DNA of 39,789 nt from Octopus bimaculoides. Its lineage: Eukaryota. Shown piece after piece: positions 9,661-22,805 of this stretch. A program made the translations under genes and the position numbers. The notes under the pieces were generated by a model. It was not told where the DNA came from. It made no database searches and saw only the letters and a list, made by a program, of their open reading frames with translations. The first letter of the stretch is position 1. Each line of letters starts with the position of its first letter. The stretch covers positions 153,749,613 through 153,789,401 of the forward strand of contig NC_068982.1 of NCBI RefSeq assembly GCF_001194135.2, written 5' to 3'.

Positions 9661-11462
9661 TCTGTATCCATCTAATTTCATTTGTATCTGTCTTTGTGTT
9701 CTGAGTTATTTATCATTTATTTATTTGCATGTTCACACATGAGTTCCTCAATATGTATGCCTGACTGACAATATATTTATTAATCTAAGCTATATATGTT
9801 ATATGGATGCACCTTTAACTTTTATAAAGCAGAATACTTCACAATGCTAACTAGGAATATATATACGATAAGACATAAAGTATTAGTCAACTTTAGGCAT
9901 TTGTAATCATATTCTGACCTCATCAGCAAAATATAGTCTTGCAGTCCCCGTTGAAATAGTAATGAATGAATCAGTAAATGTTCAAAATTGAATATTTGTT
10001 GTCTTAGGAGAATTTAAAATACGTAAAGAATAACTAATTCACGGCTGAAACAACATTAATCATAGGTTTACTGGCTCAGGTATGACTTGGTATAAATAAC
10101 ATCAACATATAGTTTTACTATTATGAATATTAATTATATATGAATAGTATATCATTATTTCTAATACATGCTTTCGACAATGTATTGATTGACTTGAAAA
10201 GTAAAATAGTTGAGAAGGTCCTGAAAAGCACAGGTTCTCTTAAATATACAGGATCTCTTTGATTGTTTAGTCTTCAAACTACTTCTCAGCCATCAGCCTT
10301 TTAGCAGAAAATTACATTAACCTATAAAAAGGAAATACATTCGTGCCTTCCACCAAGAATGCCAAAAGAAGCAATTGCTCTCGAACATTAATATGTCTTT
10401 CTGCTTCACTGAATCGACGACTTCAAAGGATTATTTTTTCAATGGTGGCACAACCAAAGTAAAGCAAAGTTTATGAGATTGTGTGTATATATGTGTTTAT
10501 ATGTGTATAGGTGTTCCTGTATATGTATGTTGATATGACATTTTGCTTGTGTGTAAGTTCAGCTTACATGGGTGCGCGTTTGAATCTCTGTGTCTATTGG
10601 TTCACGTGCTTGTGTGCATATATGTGTGGTTTGGTGTGGTGTGTGTGATGTGAAGAGGTGAATGGTTCTTGACGCATGTGTGTGTATCTGAATGTGCTTG
10701 CATTGTGTATAATTGTTTTCGCATGTGTATGAATGTGTGTGTAGAAGTTTTAGAGTAATTGTGCGTATATGAATATATGTCATCTGTGTACATTCGTATT
10801 TGCACATGTTTATACACACATACATATAAACATCTATACACGCATATATGTTTATATATACACATATATCTATATGTGTGTGTATACACATACATTCACA
10901 TACATATATATACATATATAGGGATACGTGTATTTATATATATATAAACACATCACATATAAATATATATGTATATATGCATATATGTACAAATATGTAT
11001 GTGCATGTACATATATGTGTGTATAGGTCTGCGTATATCGCTTAGATTGTATAAATGAGTTTATGACTATTTTGTTTTTCTTTAAATAATTTATTCTTTT
11101 TTTTTTACCTTTTTCCTTTTGCCAGAGTCTCGTTCTTATTCATAAGGTTTGCTTAACTCTGCTGATTCGTATTCTAAAAACAAGACTGGCTCCTCCTTAG
11201 AATACGAAGTGATCAAAGAAAATTTAATACTAGAAATGATGAAGACCAAGACACAAAAAATAAAATAAAATAAATGAATGAATAAATAAATATACAACAG
11301 TATGAACTCTTGAAATATGTTAGAAGTAGAAAAAACGGTAACAGGAGGAAGTAAAAGAATGTCTTTGTATGTATATATGTATGTATGTAAGTATGTATGT
11401 ATTTAGATAGATAGCTAGATAGGTCGACAGATGGTTAGAGAAAGATATCTATCTATCTATCG

Positions 11463-11525
<63 letters not shown>

Positions 11526-11643
11526 NNNNNNNNNNNNNNNNNNNNNNNNNNNNNNNNNNNNNNNNNNNNNNNNNNNNNNNNNNNNNNNNNNNNNNNNNNN
11601 NNNNNTATATATATATATTATATATCTCTATATACATATATAG

Positions 11644-11685
<42 letters not shown>

Positions 11686-12039
11686 ATAGACATCTACATA
11701 TATGCACGTATGCATATATGCATATAAATAAGTAAATACTAATATATAGTATATATATATAAATGTATATGTTTATAAATCGGTATATATGAATATAGGT
11801 TTTTATATATATGTGTGTGTATGTATGTAGGCATGTATGTATGTAGGTCTTTCTCTATATATGTATGTATGTATGCATGTATGCATGCATGTATGTATGT
11901 AAGCCTCGGCTTAAGAATAAATGCTATATAATATAAAAACAAGAGTTTTCTTTCTGAAAAATATACAATTCTGCATAAGAATTATTACTCTAACACGACA
12001 TGCCTGCACATATATTTCTTTGAGTGTGTGTGTGTGCGA

Positions 12040-12087
<48 letters not shown>

Positions 12088-14559
12088 TTCTCTACATGCG
12101 TAAACATGATTTTCAACATGTAAGTCAGAAACAAGAAGAGACCTTTCTTTAAGTAACATTAAGCCATGTACCACATATGCTGCTTTCTCTAATTTCAATA
12201 ACATTACATCTGTCGGCGATTGTTTTACTTCTTATTTAGTCAATATTCTACAGAAATGGCATGCTGCGTTGTGACATTATTTCATAATTATGCATTTCAA
12301 ACTTAATAATGTCTGGGGTACAACACCTCCATGGAATGCTTTGGCCTTGGAGTTTTATACCTGTATCGGCCCTTAAAGTGCCAATGGAACGAATAAAATA
12401 CGTTGGGAATTATCAGCTGTAGTATCAATATCTTCCTTGCTTGAAGAAGCTTGAAAGACGCACATATTGATCGCTTATATTTTATCAATCCCAGATGGAT
12501 GAAATGAAAAATTAATCTCGATGGGTTCTGAACTATAAATATTAATTGCTAAATGTTAATCTATTAATTTGTTTAGAAAATTGTTTATATTCGTTATTTA
12601 AGCTCGTAAAAAGAAGGTTCACAGAGGATTGTTAATTTTCTACGATGAGCTTCAATGTTAAAAGGTGGGGGAATCACCCATTCTAACTAGCAAATTAAGT
12701 AAACAGAAGATTTTGCACTTAATGTTTGAGCTGCTAAAAACAGTAAGAAAGAAATCATCAAACCATACTCTACCTTCTTTGAAAAGGAAGGAACCTATGG
12801 ATAATGCAGTCCTAGATACACTCTTCTTCTAAATAATACGGGATATTTTTCACTAAAAATTATTTTATCATATATCTTACCGATTTTGGTTGATGAGGGA
12901 CTAATTAATAACGGTAATTATTTTTTTGATCAAATGAAGCAGCTTTTACACCAGCACACTTGCTTCTTTAAAACGCAGTCCAATTTAACCTCAAATGATA
13001 CCCTACCGTCTTTGAAAAACGAAGAAAACATTGAATAATACAGCCTTGGATACATTGTGCAGAATTATCATAGCGGGAAAGCTTTAATTCTAGATCAGTT
13101 TCATTAAATTGCAGCTGGAGTTCTAAACAACAACACACTTTCTAACTAGTAATAACCCACAAATATACTCTTGCTTCATGCGAATTAAATTTTTCATAAT
13201 TAACATAGTCGTAATGCTATCATGCATAATCGCAACAAATTTCGCCACCTTTATTATCTACAGGGCCAAACAAAGAAAGCCTCTAACCAAATCAAATCTC
13301 CCACCGATTTACACACATGGATGCACACACGCACATACAACGTTTATGCTAGTCGAAACCATCTACTATACTCCCTGGTATCTAAAATATAACTTACAGC
13401 AATCATGGCTAAAGCGTTTTTGATCAAAGCCCAACTTAATCAGGACTAATATGAAGTTTAATTTCTGCAGCAACAAACCTCTCTATTAAATATCGTCAAA
13501 GTAGTCTGCAATTTACCGCTTAGTAAAACTCAAAATTTGAACAAGACTTTAGTTTGGGGAAACGATTCTGTTAGTCTTTAGATGAACTGTAAAATTCGAT
13601 GCAAATGTTGTTTTCACCGACCAAAGTCTAATAAGTATGAGAAGTATGAGACCATACCATAATGTTTGTTTACGTGCCGTGAGAAGAAAATCTGTTTATT
13701 TTTTTTTACTTTCAGAGAAGACTTAGTGATGAATATTAAATAAAGTGTTATGAATAAATACTAATAAGAGTTTGAAGAATCTAGATGAAATTAGAATTTT
13801 TCTAAGTTTATAAATGTTTAATATTTCTCGGAAACATTTTTCACCAATAATCAACAAATAATTGATGCGGGAAATAAAAACATCTTTCAACCTTTGCTTT
13901 TACCACAAAATAGAGACAAGGTGGTCCTCTGAGACATGTAAAGTATACTATTAGAAAAAATTCTTCAAGTTTCAAATAAATTTTCAGTAATTAATCACTT
14001 GAAACAATAGAAGACTTAATATTCGTAGCTTTTAGCAAATTATTTTCTAACGAATGTTATGACGTGTTATGTACTATTTAATCAGTATTTAAATATAAAC
14101 ATAAGATACGTCAGAAATGATGAGATACTGCTGGTGGTGTGGAAACTAATTTGAATTATTTTCAACAGACGAAAGGGTGAAAACTATATTTTTCACTTCA
14201 CACGCAAATTCATCTCATCCAAATCTCATAAGAACTCTTCTAATTTGCACAGAACCTATCAAGAAAAATATTTTGGAAATTCTGCAAATTATGTTGTCCA
14301 ATTTTTTTTTTTTTTTTTATAATCGTAAAAATTCTGTCCTCTGAGCAACGATGAATATGTTTCGTTGATGAAGTCTAATAACACTGTCTGCTGCTAACAA
14401 AGATGAAATTTCCCCTGCAAATATGAAACTTTTCTTTAAAACTAAATTTCATTTTAAAATTATCTCTCTTTACCTACTAAAGTCGCTAACAATTCAAACT
14501 ATGCCTTTTTCTTTTCTTCTTCAGCTAGACACCAATCTGAATTATTTAATTCATGCCTT

Positions 14560-15300
14560 TTTTGTCCTTATGCTATTTCCTTTAACTCGCTTCTTATAAC
14601 TGTGTATATCATAATGGCGAAAACTCTTCCATACCCTTTTACTGGTCAGGAAAATTTCTTTCTCCTGATCAAAGCAGGCTTTAGAAAACTATAATTTACC
14701 GATTCCATCAAATATAACTGCAATATTTCTAATAATAAAGATTGAATGCTCCACCAAATATGAAAATAAAATTTTTATGAATTATATTCTTAGGTTCCTG
14801 AAAGTATGCTCCATTATATCTTCGAGTCACTAACAATTATCACTAGTTATTTTGTTCTCCCTCTCCAAGAAGCAGAGTTTCAAATCCTTCAGATATTCTG
14901 CTTATATCATTGAGTACGTCAGCAGCAAACTAAAACAATAGACATTTATAAACGCTTCTTGTAATTATAAGGCATCCTGAATAACAGAAAATGCGACGGG
15001 ATTTTTAAGTGCGTTTGGTAAGGGTGTCCAAGATTCTGCAGTCGTTGAGGACTTAGTAGGTCACTTGCATTAACACAACTATTCAACCCTCGCATGCACT
15101 TATCGGAGTATATTTTGTTGCCAATATTCCGGTTCAGTCTCTAATTCAGAGATAGCTTCTTTCATTTATCTTACAATCACAGATTTCCTCTCTGTCTCAA
15201 CCATTACAAAATATATCATTTCCTGCTAAGATTATCTCTGAAAACTGATGCAATGATCATTGCTTGCAGTGGTAAGGTCCACGTTCTCATTCTGCTTATT
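14560..15300 (+). mobile_element. Possible ancient LINE reverse-transcriptase relic
   Basis: Scattered RT-like peptides in correct order (…FFLLIKAG…, LPLQEAEF cf. LPxEQAGFR); heavily disrupted. Confidence 0.25.
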
Positions 15301-16599
15301 TATATAAAAGTTGATTGATTTATCATATATTAGACTAGATATTCTTCTTGATAATTACTGTCGTTGGTTATCTCAGTGAAAGAACACGGTTAAATAAACT
15401 TGCATAAAAACGTTTCAGCTGCAGGATTATCGTTTATATTTTGTAACGTTTTATTGATTTATTTTATTAATATGGTAGGTGGTGTAAATATGAAGACCTA
15501 GCAGCTATTTCCAGCAATACAAACAACCCTTGTTCACTTTTCTTATATTGAGATAAACAAAAGTCCAACAACAAAAAAACACTTACTTCAAAGCAATGTT
15601 CTCTCAACTGTTAGTGAAATAATCAGCTTTCTTTTATGATGTCTCTTTGAATCTATTAAAAGTGGGTCGATTATATTTGCAGTAGGAGTATAACTGCGTC
15701 TACTTTTTAACAAATAATAATCAGCCATTAAAATGTAAATGTTCTCTCATTAAGCAACAACAAAGAAAAGTTAATTAATATCTTTCTGTCCCATAATATT
15801 CATACCTAAGTAAATAACATCATAAATAAAAGAAATTATCCACGAAATTACAAAGTATTAAATTTCACATCGATAAAACATACTGTAAAAGTTACTTTAT
15901 TTACTTTATTGAATCAGAGATAGAGGGGTTTTTTTTTTTTGTTTTTAGATAAACGTTTGAAAAAATCACTTGTTCTGATATATTATAGTAGTTACTTAAA
16001 TATCACAATAGACTGGGTTATTTTCACAAGAAATAATAATGCCAAGTTAATGATGATTATCGCAAACGGAATAAAATAATAGTAAAGCTGTTTACTGGTG
16101 TTTAAATTCCTTAGTATCTCTGATGATCTTTCTAATGTACCGTATCCGGTCATGATGATATTGTTTAGCCAATATATGATCAAAAGCAAACCAATCATGA
16201 TGAGATTGTCTTTGTAAGAGTAAGAGTGATTTCATTATTTAATATGTCCTTTGTTTATTGAAGGTGTCAGGGTTTGATTTGTGAGATTTGGGGAGGCAAA
16301 GGAGGCAAGAGACCACAGAGAGGCACTTTCGCTGGAGCACGTCATATACCTTAGTATCCTGCTGCTCTTCATTTACCCTGTTCTATTCATACGGGCTATG
16401 TTTGTTTCTGCTATTTCCTGTCTTGCTGTAACTATCACATAATTTATCTTTCTCCTTTTCTATTAGATGTGCAAGCCAAACGATATGAAAATGAATGAAA
16501 TATTTTTCAACTCCATCGGAAGTATCTTGATGTTGATGTCTTTTATTATTTGTATCATCGATGCTTTTTTAATACTTGAGTGACATTACCGACATTCAT

Positions 16600-16940
16600 A
16601 AATAAATACAAGTCATTGATGCTATTGCTTAATTCAAGCTTGATCTCGATCACGCAGATCTATGATGAAAGACAACCAAACTATAACTCTCATCTTTTTG
16701 CCCAGGTGTTTATTGTCCTAGACTACGTCATTCACCACTGCTTCTTAAAGGCTGAAGGGTGTGATTTAAGGGATCGTTTGCTACTGTGGATCTCCCGCCA
16801 TAGACGCTCAGATGTCGACTTGAATACGTACCATGATAGAATTCGATCGATTCAACGGATTACACTGGCCTTTCTTTTTAATGATGAAGGTCGTTTTAAG
16901 TTAATTTGGGTGACGCTGATGTCAAATATTACATAGGTTT
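16600..16940 (+). mobile_element. Possible ancient CR1/L2-type reverse-transcriptase relic
   Basis: IDAIA*FKLDLDH (cf. VDxIYLDFSKAFD), RDRLLLWIS (cf. GKLLxWIS), DADVKYY (cf. YADDxK+Y) in the expected order. Confidence 0.35.
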
Positions 16941-17109
16941 AATCTAACCCATCAACTTTTGCTAAGTCCCATACGGAAGAAATTTTAAATTACTCAGTTT
17001 TTGACAGCTTAAGGAGATTATCAATGGAATCAAGTCTTTATTTCATAATTTTTTATATATTCAAATCTGAAGTAGTATCAACAAAACTTCTTTTATTTTC
17101 TTATTTCTT

Positions 17110-17333
17110 TATTGTCCATAAGAGGCTAAACATAGAGGGGACAAACAAGGATAGACAAAGGAATTAAGTCGATTATATCGACCCCAGTGCGTAACTTGTA
17201 CTTAATTTATCGACCCCGAAATGATGAAAGGCAAAATCGACCTCGGAGGAATTTGAACTCAGAACGTAACGGCAGACGAAATACAACTAAGCATTTCACC
17301 CAACGCGTTACCGTTTCTGCCAGCTCCCCGCCT
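17110..17333 (-). mobile_element. tRNA-derived SINE, family A (Nin/Deu-core-like), near full length
   Basis: Minus strand: GGCGGGGAGC-TGGCAGAAACGG (A box), GAGTTCAAATTCC (B box), then core TTTGCCTTTCATCATTTCGGGGTCGATAAATTAAGTAC...CTGGGGTCGATATAATCGACTT. Family name is from recall. Confidence 0.85.
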
Positions 17334-19828
17334 TCTTTTATTTTCTGTTAAAGGGAAGCCTAGATTACTTCATAAAAACGCTTTTATTCTACAACCACCT
17401 CGTTACTGTATTACACAGGAAGAATCAAAGAGTAAAGTTCTAAGCTACAAAAATGAAGGGTACCTACACTAGCATAAAGTATACATTACAGTATAGTGCA
17501 AGAAAATGTTAACCAGATTGATTCTAAAGTAGAGAAAATATTTTATTAATTTCTTAAGATAAATATCAACTGACAATTATTTGCTGAAAAGATTGTAAAA
17601 CAGATTAACTCCTTGTTATGAAAGATTATTATGAAGATTGCAAAATGTGTTTCCAATCCCTAGCGAACATGGAAAGGAGATTGCCCACAACCATTCGTTA
17701 TGCTTAAAAAGTTGTCGTGAGAAGCTGAAATTACTCTAACAGAATAGGATATCTAGAGATTCGAAAGTTAGCAACATACTTCTTGGTCAAGAACAAACGG
17801 TTACAATAAATTCCTTTAAGCATTTCTTTTATGGAAGTCTCTTGCTAAAAGATATCATAAGAAGAATGTTGCGATATTGAAGAGCATAAAATCATCATGA
17901 ACATATTTCTAGAAAAATCCGGGAAAAGTTTTGTTCCCATCATTTTATATTAGATTATGTCTGATAAAACGTATTTATTTATGTCGTAGAAAAGATAGGT
18001 GGCTCTATCTAGAAAATATTCTGCTCCAAGTCAAGAGAAATTGAGGTTACATACCTTTGATGAGCCTAAGCTAAAAACAGAAATGAAATATGAGCTATTT
18101 ATGAGTTTACTTATTACTGTTGAGAAGATGTAAAAATATTTTTCCATGATAAACAGGATCTGGAGAGCTTCAAAGTATTTTACTTTTCTTTCCTGGAGCT
18201 AGGATATAATATGAGATTTAAAGCACATTGCCTCCTCGGCTATTTAATTTGTTTTGTTTTGTCTTGTTTTGTTTTTATTGTTTTTTGTTTGTTTGTTTTT
18301 TTCTGTCGTTTGCCTATTTAGGAGATATCAGTGAGGAAGAAGGAAGAACGTTTTCAAGACATACAAGACAGTGGGAAAAATAGTGTACAGATTTTACAAT
18401 GCAATTATGTCAGCAAAGGTTTCTGTGGTCTTTTAAAAGAAAAAAGAAGTGATGAGGTCCATCAATCTAAAAAGAGAAATCCTCTCCCACTTAAAGAGAG
18501 CATTTACTGACCCAAACTTAATTTATTGTTAATCTATATCTTCAGATGTTGAATTAGCTTAATACGAACAGAATTGTTTGACTGTTTTGTGCATTTTTTC
18601 TCACAACATCGTGCTGTTTACTATCATGTGTCATCTCAATAATATATGATGTATTATACTGCAAGAGTTACTTTACTTGTGTAAGAAACTGTGTTAATTT
18701 TTAACAAGCTTTCACAGCATTTGCCAAATTTCTATATATGTGTTATACATATGAACCTAATGAAGTATGTAAATGAAAACTGAAAAAGTTATATCAATGA
18801 AATAGTTAAGATGACGATACTATCATACTGTATGACTGCAATGTTTGTTCTATCAATATGATGCTAAAATTTGAAAATTTGTTTTTGTATACATTTGACA
18901 CGCAAATTCTAAGAGCGGATTCAGCTTTAACACCCAAAAACTAAATAAGGTAGACAACTTTCGGCGTATAATCTTGTAACTCTTATCGAAAATGCAACCC
19001 GGGATCATCCTTGTAATCAAAAAATATTTATTACAGTAGAAATTTCCAGAAATCAATATGTGCACGTTTCTATAGTAGAGATATATGTTTGAAACGTCGT
19101 GAAAATAAACTGGATTCTTATTTTGTGGATGTTTGTGTAGCGATTCAAGGTGACAGAGTAACCCAGGAAATGGATGTCACATTAGAATATATTAGGAAGC
19201 ATTTATTGACCTTGTGTCTTCTCCTGATAATATAATCAATTCATATTTTCCTTTCATCCTTAAAATGATTAAATCTTTTCTAGCTACGAGTCCAATATTT
19301 TAATATTCTAACAAATGACCTTGGATCTTTTGAATATAAACAAAGGTGAGAATTAAGAGAAGAAACCCAAATTAGAGAGTTCAGAAAAGCGCCACACAAA
19401 TCAAAGCTAAAAATATTTTGATCCTATAATTTTCATCGTCTGATCAGCTAATCACTAATGAGTACCATCAGCTAAACACCACTGAATTTCGAATGAGATT
19501 ATAGATTAGTATCAAAACATGACAAAATAAATGGCTCTCTAACAACGAAGTTCTACGAATAGCTTTCACATAAAACAGAGCAATCAAGCTGAATAAAGGT
19601 TCATGCATATAGAATTTATTCAGATTGTCTGCAATATTAACCCCACTGTATATCCATTGCTTGACATAAATTATTCGTATAAGATGTTACGATCACTTTC
19701 CCTCTTTCAGAAAGATAAAGTCATGTAAAATTAGTCATTTTTACCAATTATATTTCATTAAACATATTAATTTCAAATAATATTTGAGTTCTTTCTACCT
19801 TGTCCATGAATCCACCTACAAAAAGTTT

Positions 19829-19874
<46 letters not shown>

Positions 19875-20161
19875 TCACGTGATCAACCAGCCTATCAGAT
19901 GATATACATCGCTGGTCACAATGCGTTTTCCATCGTTTTAGCTTTCGAAGGATGACACTCCGCTGGTTGGGTGAAGATGCCAACATTCCCCCTGATCGGA
20001 AGACTAGTCCGTCTCAGGGTTACCCATTTACAAGCAAGTGGACTGGACAACCTGAAATGAGGTGTTTTGTTCAAGAAAACATCGCACTGCTCGGGCTGGG
20101 AATTGATCCCAGGATCGCCTGATCGTGAGTGCAACACCTCAACCACTGAACCACGCGGCTT
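19829..20161 (-). mobile_element. tRNA-derived SINE, family C, with (TATC)n tail
   Basis: Minus strand: GCCGCGTGGTTCAGTGG (A box), GGGATCAATTCCC (B-box-like), core TTCTTGAACAAAACACCTCATTTCAGGTTGTCCAGTCCACT, ending in the (GATA)n array at 19829-19874. Confidence 0.8.
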
Positions 20162-20179
20162 GACATGTACATGTAGATA

Positions 20180-20740
20180 TACATCCATATACCTAGGACT
20201 ATTTCCCATTTTTTAGGAGTGGGTAGCCACAGCAAGAGAGACACACAGCAGGCATTCCATTCATTCTCCAGCTCAAAGGGATGAGCCCTGTTCTCAGGTC
20301 AAGGCATAGAACGTAATCCCCAGTATCAGCATCGCGGCTCAACAGTATATGCTGGTTTACCCCCACCGCACTATGCTGGTTCTGTACCCCTTTGAGCAAC
20401 ATCAAAATTCACTCATCCGTCCACAAACACTCTCCAAGCTTTCTCTAGCCTTTCTCACTCCAAAACCTCTAACTACCAAAGTTTTCCTCACTCCATCCAC
20501 ACAAACTGAGGCCTGCCTCTGGTTCTGCTGCCTACCACTTCAGTCTTCATCACTCTCCTTACCATCCGCTACTCATCCATCCTCTCCATGTGGCCAAAGT
20601 ACCTCAACATTCGTCTATCCAGCTTGGTTGTTAGTTTTTCTTTCATTCCTGCTCGTTTTCGTACCTTCTCCTCATCATCACACTCTCTATCTCTCTCCTC
20701 TTTATCTCACTTGTAGTACACACACGCACATTCTATGACC
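20180..20740 (-). mobile_element. RTE-clade LINE 3' fragment (ORF C-terminus ~20395-20740 plus probable 3' UTR)
   Basis: Minus strand: KLDRRMLRYFGHMERMDE*RMVRRVMKTEVVGSRTRGRPQFVW, the classic RTE C-terminal LRWFGHVERM...RGRP..W motif. UTR extent is inferred. Confidence 0.85.
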
Positions 20741-20809
20741 CTAGTACTAGGGTGAGACTTGGTGTTAACCTTCACAAACAACTTGTCTTTTTCTTGTCTT
20801 TTTAGGAAT

Positions 20810-20895
20810 GTGGATTTACTAGGAGGAAAGGATTCCTAGTTCCCTCGCTCCTGCCCCTTTTAGTCGCCTCTTACACCACGCAGGGAATACGGCAA
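20810..20895 (+). mobile_element. Probable RTE-type LINE 3' terminal motif
   Basis: CCCCTTTTAGTCGCCTCTTACACCACGCAGGGAATAC resembles the recalled RTE 3' end motif TTTAGTCGCCTyTTACGACAyGCAGG. Confidence 0.4.
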
Positions 20896-20954
20896 CTGCA
20901 TGCTGCCGTTGCTGATCTTCTTCCTCCGTCTTCCTTTTCTATTGGACTTTCCTC

Positions 20955-20992
20955 TGTTTCTGAAGAAGAGCTCTGCTCGAAACGTTAAAACA
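20955..20992 (+). ncRNA. Minimal type I hammerhead ribozyme-like motif (Penelope-like-element type) within a short repeat (~20900-21060)
   Basis: UGUUU-CUGAAGA(20960-20966)-A-GAGC-UCU-GCUC-GAAA(20979-20982)-CGUU-AAAACA. Intact core, 4-bp stem II, palindromic ACGU in place of stem III, A/U-rich stem I. Confidence 0.7.
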
Positions 20993-21403
20993 TCTTTCTT
21001 TCCTTCCCTGAGTGTCTGCTAATAATTTTTATGTACCACGTCCTCGATTTGTTATTTTTTGTGTGTTTGTTGTTCGTTGTTTTTTGGGGTTTTNNNNNNN
21101 NNNNNNNNNNNNNNNNNNNNNNNNNNNNNNNNNNNNNNNNNNNNNNNNNNNNNNNNNNNNNNNNNNNNNNNNNNNNNNNNNNNNNNNNNNNNNNNNNNNN
21201 NNNNNNNNNNNNNNNNNNNNNNNNNNNNNNNNNNNNNNNNNNNNNNNNNNNNNNNNNNNNNNNNNNNNNNNNNNNNNNNNNNNNNNNNNNNNNNNNNNNN
21301 NNNNNNNNNNNNNNNNNNNNNNNNNNNNNNNNNNNNNNNNNNNNNNNNNNNNNNNNNNNNNNNNNNNNNNNNNNNNNNNNNNNNNNNNNNNNNNNNNNNN
21401 NNN

Positions 21404-21464
<61 letters not shown>

Positions 21465-21484
21465 TTCTCTATATCTCCATCTTG

Positions 21485-21635
21485 ACAAGCAGTGTTAGCG
21501 TCCCCGCAACTTAGTGGTTCTGCAAAAGAACCGAGAGAATAAATTACTAGGCATAAAAATAATTACTGGCGTCGTTTGTTCGACTGACCCTTTCGATCGC
21601 GTGCAATGACATAAACTAGTCGAAGATAAAAGATA
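21485..21635 (+). mobile_element. SINE family A-related fragment (3' part)
   Basis: GTTAGCGTCCCCGCAACTTAGTGGTTCTGCAAAAGAACCGAGAGAATAAATTACTAGGC...GTCGTTTGTTCGACT; reverse complement of the repeat at 35108-35215. Confidence 0.65.
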
Positions 21636-22324
21636 TATTTCATATAGTATATATAGGCATGGCCCACTTAGATACCAGCGCGGGTATGACGTTAGCTGAA
21701 TCCCAATCGTACCGCTTAATGCAAATGTTTCTATACGTAATAGTTTATTTTACTGATGTTTCATATATTATGGCCTTGATATTACCGACTCCATTATATA
21801 TATACACAGTTCTTTATTTTTTGTGTGAAAAGCTGGTTTCTCTAGTTGGTGTATATTTGTGCGAAACTATACTTTTGAAAGTTGCAGGTGGAACTAAGAC
21901 TAATTTTCAACAGCATCTATTGAAATGTTTTGTGTATCTGTGAATTCAGCCAAATATATATCTATTGACATTAGGAAAATAGTACCTATGCTAGTTGAGA
22001 CGTTGACAGAATAAGTGGAAGTGCGAAGCAGATGAATTTCCACTGCCTGTTTGTTCTTTTAGGAGGTATTTTGCCAGGAGGAGAACTAACATAAGCACAT
22101 GTAGAGTTCAATTCTAGTGAATTGTGCAATTGTACGTTACACAATTATGATGACATATGTGCAGATATCCTGTCCCTATTTCTGTTATTAATAGCTGCTG
22201 TTGTAGTTCTTGTTGCTTTTATTTGCTTTTGGTGGTTTTGCTACTGATGCTAGTGTTGCGTTGATGGACACTAGCAGAAGAAAAACAAAACAGTCAGCAT
22301 TGACATCATATTCTCTCCCTCCTC

Positions 22325-22329
<5 letters not shown>

Positions 22330-22398
<69 letters not shown>
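22330..22398. repeat. (TC)n microsatellite
   Basis: Direct reading. Confidence 0.95.
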
Positions 22399-22402
<4 letters not shown>

Positions 22403-22749
22403 ATTTCATTCTCACTCTACCTTTACGATGATACGTCAGCAAAAAAAAAAAAAAATTATAGAGATAAACAGGATGCGACGAAAAGGAATCAATAGAAAGG
22501 ATATACACCTTGCAGCTGTAGGATACGTCACAGACTAATATTGATATATTTATTAAAACGGACTCCAATCTAAACAGAAAGAAAACTTTCCCAGACTTAC
22601 ATTTATTTATATATTTGTTTTCAATGGGTGAAATAAACTCTTTATATTGTTGTTAGCCATACTATTTTACTTGCTGTTGTCATTACAAAATAGTGTGCAA
22701 TTGATGTTATTGCTGTTGTTATGGCGCCAATATTCTTGAACGTAGAGTT

Positions 22750-22770
22750 ACTGTTGTTGTTGTTGTTGTT

Positions 22771-22802
<32 letters not shown>

Positions 22803-22805
22803 TGT
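22750..22805. repeat. Compound (GTT)n(GCT)n microsatellite
   Basis: Direct reading. Confidence 0.9.

Noticed and set aside
11166-11208. Perfect 12-bp inverted repeat TTCGTATTCTAA / TTAGAATACGAA with a 19-nt spacer
   Set aside because: Does not extend to pre-miRNA length; one such repeat is plausible by chance in 40 kb of AT-rich DNA.
17110-17333. A/B boxes suggesting a tRNA gene (also at 27885 and 20160)
   Set aside because: No complete cloverleaf, and each head continues into a shared SINE core and tail; these are SINEs.
17600-17780. Possible RT relic (DHSLCLKSCREK)
   Set aside because: Single weak motif; insufficient to call.
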